A DNA stretch of 11,331 bases from Chthoniobacteraceae bacterium (GTDB lineage: Bacteria > Verrucomicrobiota > Verrucomicrobiia > Chthoniobacterales > Chthoniobacteraceae). Below the pieces are notes generated by a model. The model was given only the letters and a program-made list of their open reading frames with translations. It had not been told where the DNA came from and did no database searches. The DNA is taken from the NCBI GenBank assembly GCA_040081625.1, contig JBEBGD010000145.1, forward strand, positions 1 to 11,331, in the 5' to 3' direction. The translations under genes and the position numbers were made by a program. Of the stretch, positions 6,944 to 11,331 are shown one piece after another; within the stretch, counting starts at the first letter, position 1, and each line of letters opens with the position of its first letter.

Positions 6944-7966
6944 ATGACGCTCACCGAAATCCTCCGCGCCGAGATCGCCGCCAGCGGCCCGATGCGCTTC
7001 CGCGATTTCATGGCACGCGCGCTCTACGATCCGCAGCACGGCTACTATGCGAGCGGCCGCGCGCGGATCGGGCGAAAGGGGGACTACTTCACGAGTGTAA
7101 GCGTCGGCCCGCTCTTCGGCACGCTGCTCGCCCGGCAGTTCGCCGAGGTCTGGGAGAAGCTCGGCCGCCCCGCCGACTTCACGCTCGTCGAGCAAGGCGC
7201 ACACGACGGCACGCTCGCCGCCGACGTGCTCGCCGCGTTCCCCGCTCACCTCACGATCATCGAGCCATCGCCGCATTGGCGCGCCTTGCAGCAGCAAAAG
7301 CTCGCTGGCCGCGACGTGCGCTGGGTCGAGAGTGTCGCCGCGCTCGAACCCTTCACCGGCGTGCATTTCTCGAACGAACTGCTCGACGCATTCCCCGTCC
7401 ATCTCGTCCACCGCGCCGCCGACGGCCTGCGCGAGCGGGCTGTCGCGCTCGAGGGCGACCGCTTCGTCTTCGTCGATGTCCCGCTCTCATCCGACCGCCT
7501 GCACGAGGGCGAAGTGAACCTCGCCGCGCTAGACTGGATCGCCTCGCTCGCCCCGAAGCTCACCCGCGGCATCGTCCTCATCATCGACTACGGCCACACC
7601 CGCTCCGCACTACCCACCGGCCCCACGCTCGAAGCCATCGCCTCGCACCGCCGCGTCGATCCGCTCGCCACGCCCGGCGAAGCGGACCTCACCGCGCACG
7701 TCGATTTCACCGCGCTCGCCGAAGCCACCGATCTCGAAGTGCTCGGCTTCACCGACCAGCACCACTTCCTCACCGGCCTCGCGCGCCTGCACTTCGTGGA
7801 AGGCACGCCGCCTGATCCGCGCGACGCGCGCGCCTTCCAGACGCTCTCGCATCCCACGATGCTCGGTCGCGCGTTCAAAGCCCTCGCGCTGGGTCGCGGG
7901 GTCGAAGGTCAGCTCAGCGGCTTCGCCTTCGCCCGCGACCCGCGCGCGGAACTGGGTCTGACTTAG
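6944..7966 (+). CDS. SAM-dependent methyltransferase, MidA/NDUFAF7 family (DUF185-type)
   Basis: True start is the ATG at 6944 within the 4226..7966 ORF, giving 340 aa. Family motifs GPMRFRDFMARALYDPQHGYY, GDYFTSV, VEQGAHDG (SAM motif I), SNELLDAFP, IIDYG and PGEADLTAHVDF. Confidence 0.92.
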   Translation: MTLTEILRAEIAASGPMRFRDFMARALYDPQHGYYASGRARIGRKGDYFTSVSVGPLFGTLLARQFAEVWEKLGRPADFTLVEQGAHDGTLAADVLAAFPAHLTIIEPSPHWRALQQQKLAGRDVRWVESVAALEPFTGVHFSNELLDAFPVHLVHRAADGLRERAVALEGDRFVFVDVPLSSDRLHEGEVNLAALDWIASLAPKLTRGIVLIIDYGHTRSALPTGPTLEAIASHRRVDPLATPGEADLTAHVDFTALAEATDLEVLGFTDQHHFLTGLARLHFVEGTPPDPRDARAFQTLSHPTMLGRAFKALALGRGVEGQLSGFAFARDPRAELGLT

Positions 7967-7979
7967 ATCGGCTCCGCTC

Positions 7980-8243
7980 CTACGGCTGCGCCGCGCTTGT
8001 CGCCGACATGACGACGAGAACATTCAGCACGATGCCGCCGAGAATCAGCCCGGTCCAGATGAGCATGATCTGCTTTTTGGCGAGGCGCTCGGCATTCATC
8101 CATCCCCAGATGAAGGTGTAGAGGCCGCAGAGAATGCCGAGGATGCCGTGGAGCACGCCCTTCTCCTTGAAGAGCGGAATGACCATGATGATGAAGCAGA
8201 CGAGGCTGCCGAGACCGAACAGTTGAGCGACGAGTTGGAGCAT
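7980..8243 (-). CDS. Small hypothetical membrane protein (87 aa, about 3 TM segments)
   Basis: Hydrophobic stretches separated by basic loops (FKEKG, AKKQ). Good codon bias. It is preceded by a C/A-rich leader typical of SD-less starts and fills the gap between neighbouring genes. Confidence 0.75.
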   Translation of the reverse strand: MLQLVAQLFGLGSLVCFIIMVIPLFKEKGVLHGILGILCGLYTFIWGWMNAERLAKKQIMLIWTGLILGGIVLNVLVVMSATSAAQP

Positions 8244-8291
8244 GATGGGTGTGGGGTATGTGTTGGTGTTGAGGCGCCCGTTTAGTGCAAA

Positions 8292-8717
8292 TCAACCACC
8301 GGCGTCGAGCATCATTCTTACGACCCAGAACGCGATCAACGCCGCCAGCAAGACCGCGCTGCTTCGCCCGCCGGCATCGAGTCGCGCCACGAAGCTGAGC
8401 ATTCGCTCCCGCGCGCCGTCGGCCAGCACCGCGCCGGCCAGCACGAACCCGAGTGCGATGACGACCGCCGGCGCGAAGGGATGCGTCCGCATCGAGCCGG
8501 AAAAATCGCCGCTCAACAACTGCACGCTCGCGCGAGTCAGCCCGCAACCGGGGCAGGGCAGGCCGGTCGCCGCATTCCACGGGCAGATCCAGCCGGGCAC
8601 TCCGATTGCAGTCGCGGCGAGGTGCGCGCCTACCGCGCCGACGATCGCGAGGCAAAGCGGACGCTGCCGCAGCAACGCCGCTGCAAAGCCGGAGTTGTCA
8701 GCTCGCGCGGATGGCAT
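8292..8717 (-). CDS. DUF2752 domain membrane protein
   Basis: Signature ICPWNAATGLPCPGCGLTRA...HP flanked by TM helices; 141 aa. The predicted start overlaps the uvrA 3' end by 20 nt, so the exact start is uncertain. Confidence 0.85.
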   Translation of the reverse strand: MPSARADNSGFAAALLRQRPLCLAIVGAVGAHLAATAIGVPGWICPWNAATGLPCPGCGLTRASVQLLSGDFSGSMRTHPFAPAVVIALGFVLAGAVLADGARERMLSFVARLDAGGRSSAVLLAALIAFWVVRMMLDAGG

Positions 8718-11331
8718 GACGACGGCGCGTTGGTTTTACACGGACCTCTGAAAGCACCTCGCGGAGGAACGGCGCTGTGCGGCTCGTCTTGCTGCGCGCG
8801 ATTTCCTCCGGCGTGCCGCACGCGACGACTTCCCCGCCATCAGCGCCCGCCTCCGGGCCGATATCGACGACGTAATCCGCGTCCGCGATCACACCGAGAT
8901 GATGCTCGATCACGATCACCGTGTGGCCGTCATCGACGAGTCGGTGCAACACCTTCAAAAGCTCCGCCACATCCGCGGGATGCAGCCCGATCGTCGGCTC
9001 TTCGAGCAAGTAGAGCGTCGATTTCCCGTCGCTCACTCCGCGCAGCTTCGCCGTCTCGCTGCGCCCGAGACCGCGCGTGAGTTCGCTCACGAGCTTGAGC
9101 CGCTGCGCCTCGCCGCCGCTCAGCGTCGGGCTCGCCTGGCCGAGATGCAGGTAGCCGAGGCCCGTGTCGCAGAGCAGTTGCAGCGGCCGGTGGATCTTCG
9201 TCTGCGCGCGGAAAAACTCGGCGGCTTGCTCAAGCGTCATCTCCATCACGTCGCCGATGCTGCGCTCGTTCCAGAGCACCTCGAGCGTCGCCGCGTTGTA
9301 GCGCCGCCCGCGGCAATCGCTGCACGCGATGTAGCTCGTCGGCAGGAAATTCATCTCGATCTTGATCACGCCCTGCCCCGCGCACGTCTCGCAACGGCCG
9401 CCGTCGGTGTTGAATGAAAACCTGCTCGCCGTGTAGCCGCGCATCCGAGCGAGAGGAACCTGCGCGTAGAGCTTCCGAACCTCATCGAACACGCCGAGAT
9501 AAGTCGCCGGCGTCGAGCGCGAGGTCTTGCCGATCGGCGACTGGTCCACTTCGTAAATCGCAGCGAGCAGTTCCGCGCCGCGCAACGCGTTCGTCTTCTT
9601 CGCGCCCCTCGCAAGCGCCGCGGTCACTGCGGGCTTCAGCACGCCGCGCATGAGCGAACTTTTCCCTGAGCCCGACACGCCGGTGATGACGCTGAGCCGC
9701 CGCAGCGGGAAGCGCACGTCGATGTTCTTGAGGTTGTTCGCACTCGCGCCGCGCACCTCGATCCATTGCTCCCCCGGCCCTCGCCGCTCGCCGCGCGACG
9801 GATGCACCATCGGCTCGCGCAGCCAGCGCCCCGTCGCCGAGCGCGGCGCACGCTGGATCTCCGCGAGCGTGCCACACGCGACGACTTCACCGCCGCGCGT
9901 GCCCGCGCCGGGGCCGAGGTCGATGATCGTGTCCGCCGCGCGCATCGTGTCCTCGTCATGCTCGACCACCACGAGCGAGTTCCCTTTCGCCTTGAGCGCG
10001 GTGAGTGTTTCGAGCAGCCGCACGTTGTCACGCGCGTGCAGGCCGATCGTCGGCTCGTCGAGCACGTAGAGCACGCCGCGCAGGTTCGATCCGAGCTGCG
10101 CCGCGAGCCGGATGCGCTGCGACTCGCCGCCGCTGAGCGTCTTCGCCGCGCGACCGAGCGCGAGGTAGCCGAGCCCGACCTGGCTCATGAAAAGCAACCG
10201 CTGCCCGATCTCCGGCACGATGTCCGCGGCGATGATCTTCTCGCGTCCGGCGAACTTGAGCGTCTTCACCCACGCGAGCAGTTCCGCCGCCGAGAGCGCC
10301 GCGACTTCGCCGATCGCGCAGTCGCGCAGCCGCACCGCGCGCGCGACCGGATTCAGCCGAACTCCCTCGCAGCTTCCACACGGCTGTGCCTCGCCCTCGT
10401 CGAGCCACTGGTGCTGCCGCTCCTGGTCGAGTTCGATGTCGAGCTGCGAGTCGAGCCGCGGATCGACGCGCACCTTCCACACCTCGCCAAACCCCCGGCA
10501 CTCCGCGCACCAGCCATGCGGCGAGTTGAAGGAGAACAGCCGCGGGTCGAGTTCCTCGAATGATTGCCCACACGACGGGCAGCTCATTTCGGTGCTGAGC
10601 ACGTGCAGCTTTTTCTTCGCGTCGAGAATGCGCGCCGTGCCCTTCCCTAGTTCGAGCGCGCGCCGCACGTCATCGACCACCACATCGATCGAGTGCTCGC
10701 GGAAACGTTCGAGCTTCGGGAAGCGATCGACGTGCTCGATCTTTCCATCGACGAGCAACTCGGTGAAGCCCTGCCTCTTCGCCCACGCCGCGACCTCGGT
10801 GTGAAATCCCTTCCGCGCCTTCACCAGCGGCGCGAGCACCTTGATGCGCCCGCGCTTCGCGAGCTGCGCGGCCTTTGCGATTGCCGAACTGACGCTCTGC
10901 TTCTCCACCGCCACGTCGCACTTCGGGCAGAACTGCGTGCCGACTTTCGCGAAGAGCAGCCGTAGGAAGTGATACACCTCCGTCACCGTCGCGACGGTCG
11001 ATTTCCCGCCGCCCTGCGTGATGCGCTGCTCGATCGCCACGCTCGGCGGCAGCCCGGAGATCGAGTCGACGTCAGGCTTCTCAAGCTGCTCCACGAACTG
11101 CCGCGCATACGTGCTCATCGAATCAAGAAACCGCCGCTGCCCCTCGGCAAAAAGGATGTCGAACGCGAGCGTGGATTTCCCCGACCCGCTCAGCCCGGTG
11201 ATGACGACAAGTTCGTCGCGCGGCACCTCGACGTGGATGTTGCGGAGGTTGTGCTGCCGCGCGCCGTGGATGGAGATGCAGCCGGGTAGGGTAGGCGTCC
11301 CGCCTGCCGCGCCGGGCATCCTGCCCGGTGC
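8698..11331 (-). CDS. uvrA: Excinuclease ABC subunit A (UvrA), 5'-partial; probably the C-terminal module of a double-length UvrA
   Basis: GARQHNL and GASANNL motifs; Walker A GLSGSGKS and GVSGSGKS; signatures LSGGESQR and LSGGEAQR; Walker B YVLDEPT and YLLEEPT; Cys pairs CPKC/CPSC, CAEC/CGSC and CETC/CSDC. The frame stays open to base 11331 (A-P-G-R precede the track's Met), and that Met lies inside a REP. Confidence 0.93.
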   Translation of the reverse strand, partial: APGRMPGAAGGTPTLPGCISIHGARQHNLRNIHVEVPRDELVVITGLSGSGKSTLAFDILFAEGQRRFLDSMSTYARQFVEQLEKPDVDSISGLPPSVAIEQRITQGGGKSTVATVTEVYHFLRLLFAKVGTQFCPKCDVAVEKQSVSSAIAKAAQLAKRGRIKVLAPLVKARKGFHTEVAAWAKRQGFTELLVDGKIEHVDRFPKLERFREHSIDVVVDDVRRALELGKGTARILDAKKKLHVLSTEMSCPSCGQSFEELDPRLFSFNSPHGWCAECRGFGEVWKVRVDPRLDSQLDIELDQERQHQWLDEGEAQPCGSCEGVRLNPVARAVRLRDCAIGEVAALSAAELLAWVKTLKFAGREKIIAADIVPEIGQRLLFMSQVGLGYLALGRAAKTLSGGESQRIRLAAQLGSNLRGVLYVLDEPTIGLHARDNVRLLETLTALKAKGNSLVVVEHDEDTMRAADTIIDLGPGAGTRGGEVVACGTLAEIQRAPRSATGRWLREPMVHPSRGERRGPGEQWIEVRGASANNLKNIDVRFPLRRLSVITGVSGSGKSSLMRGVLKPAVTAALARGAKKTNALRGAELLAAIYEVDQSPIGKTSRSTPATYLGVFDEVRKLYAQVPLARMRGYTASRFSFNTDGGRCETCAGQGVIKIEMNFLPTSYIACSDCRGRRYNAATLEVLWNERSIGDVMEMTLEQAAEFFRAQTKIHRPLQLLCDTGLGYLHLGQASPTLSGGEAQRLKLVSELTRGLGRSETAKLRGVSDGKSTLYLLEEPTIGLHPADVAELLKVLHRLVDDGHTVIVIEHHLGVIADADYVVDIGPEAGADGGEVVACGTPEEIARSKTSRTAPFLREVLSEVRVKPTRRRHAIRAS
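11286..11331 (+). repeat. GTAG-family REP with tandem hairpins, inside the uvrA reading frame
   Basis: GTAG (11286-11289) is followed by hairpin GGTAGGCG-TCC-CGCCTGCC (11290-11308, one G.T pair) and directly by GCGCCGGGCA-TCC-TGCCCGGTGC (11309-11331, one G.T pair). Both loops are TCC. Confidence 0.8.

Noticed and set aside
8242..11289. Multiple plus-strand and off-frame ORFs over DUF2752 and uvrA
   Set aside because: They are shadow frames of conserved genes with no recognisable motifs.
11317..11319. ATG as the uvrA start codon
   Set aside because: It lies within a REP hairpin, and the frame remains open upstream to the window edge.
1..11331. CRISPR array, tRNA/rRNA, transposase/integrase, defence or toxin-antitoxin system, intrinsic terminator
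   Set aside because: I saw no regularly spaced direct repeats, RNA-gene signatures or relevant protein motifs. No hairpin with a clear poly-T tail was found, including in the 13-bp convergent gap at 7967-7979.

Overview
High-GC (about 70% by eye) bacterial DNA, inferred to be Verrucomicrobiota or another PVC organism from gene content, SD-less leaders and repeat types. From left to right it carries: (1) a minus-strand secreted multidomain surface protein starting at 1737, which the ORF track missed because the frame has no stop in the window; (2) an in-frame continuation of that protein into a 43%-GC fragment (about 1-123) encoding the C-terminus of LeuD, most likely an assembly or library chimera; (3) a REP doublet (REPIN-like); (4) two secreted esterases (alpha/beta hydrolase and SGNH/GDSL); (5) a 130-bp MITE-like element flanked by CTAA direct repeats; (6) a class A PBP whose transpeptidase SxxK motif reads TxxK; (7) a divergent MidA/NDUFAF7-type SAM methyltransferase; (8) a small membrane protein and a DUF2752 protein; (9) a UvrA frame open at the right edge, probably the second half of a double-length UvrA, with a GTAG-type REP in frame at the window end. 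This is mostly a housekeeping region. I see no convincing new multi-gene system. The best leads are the Ser-to-Thr PBP active site, the small repeat/MITE elements, and the leuD junction.
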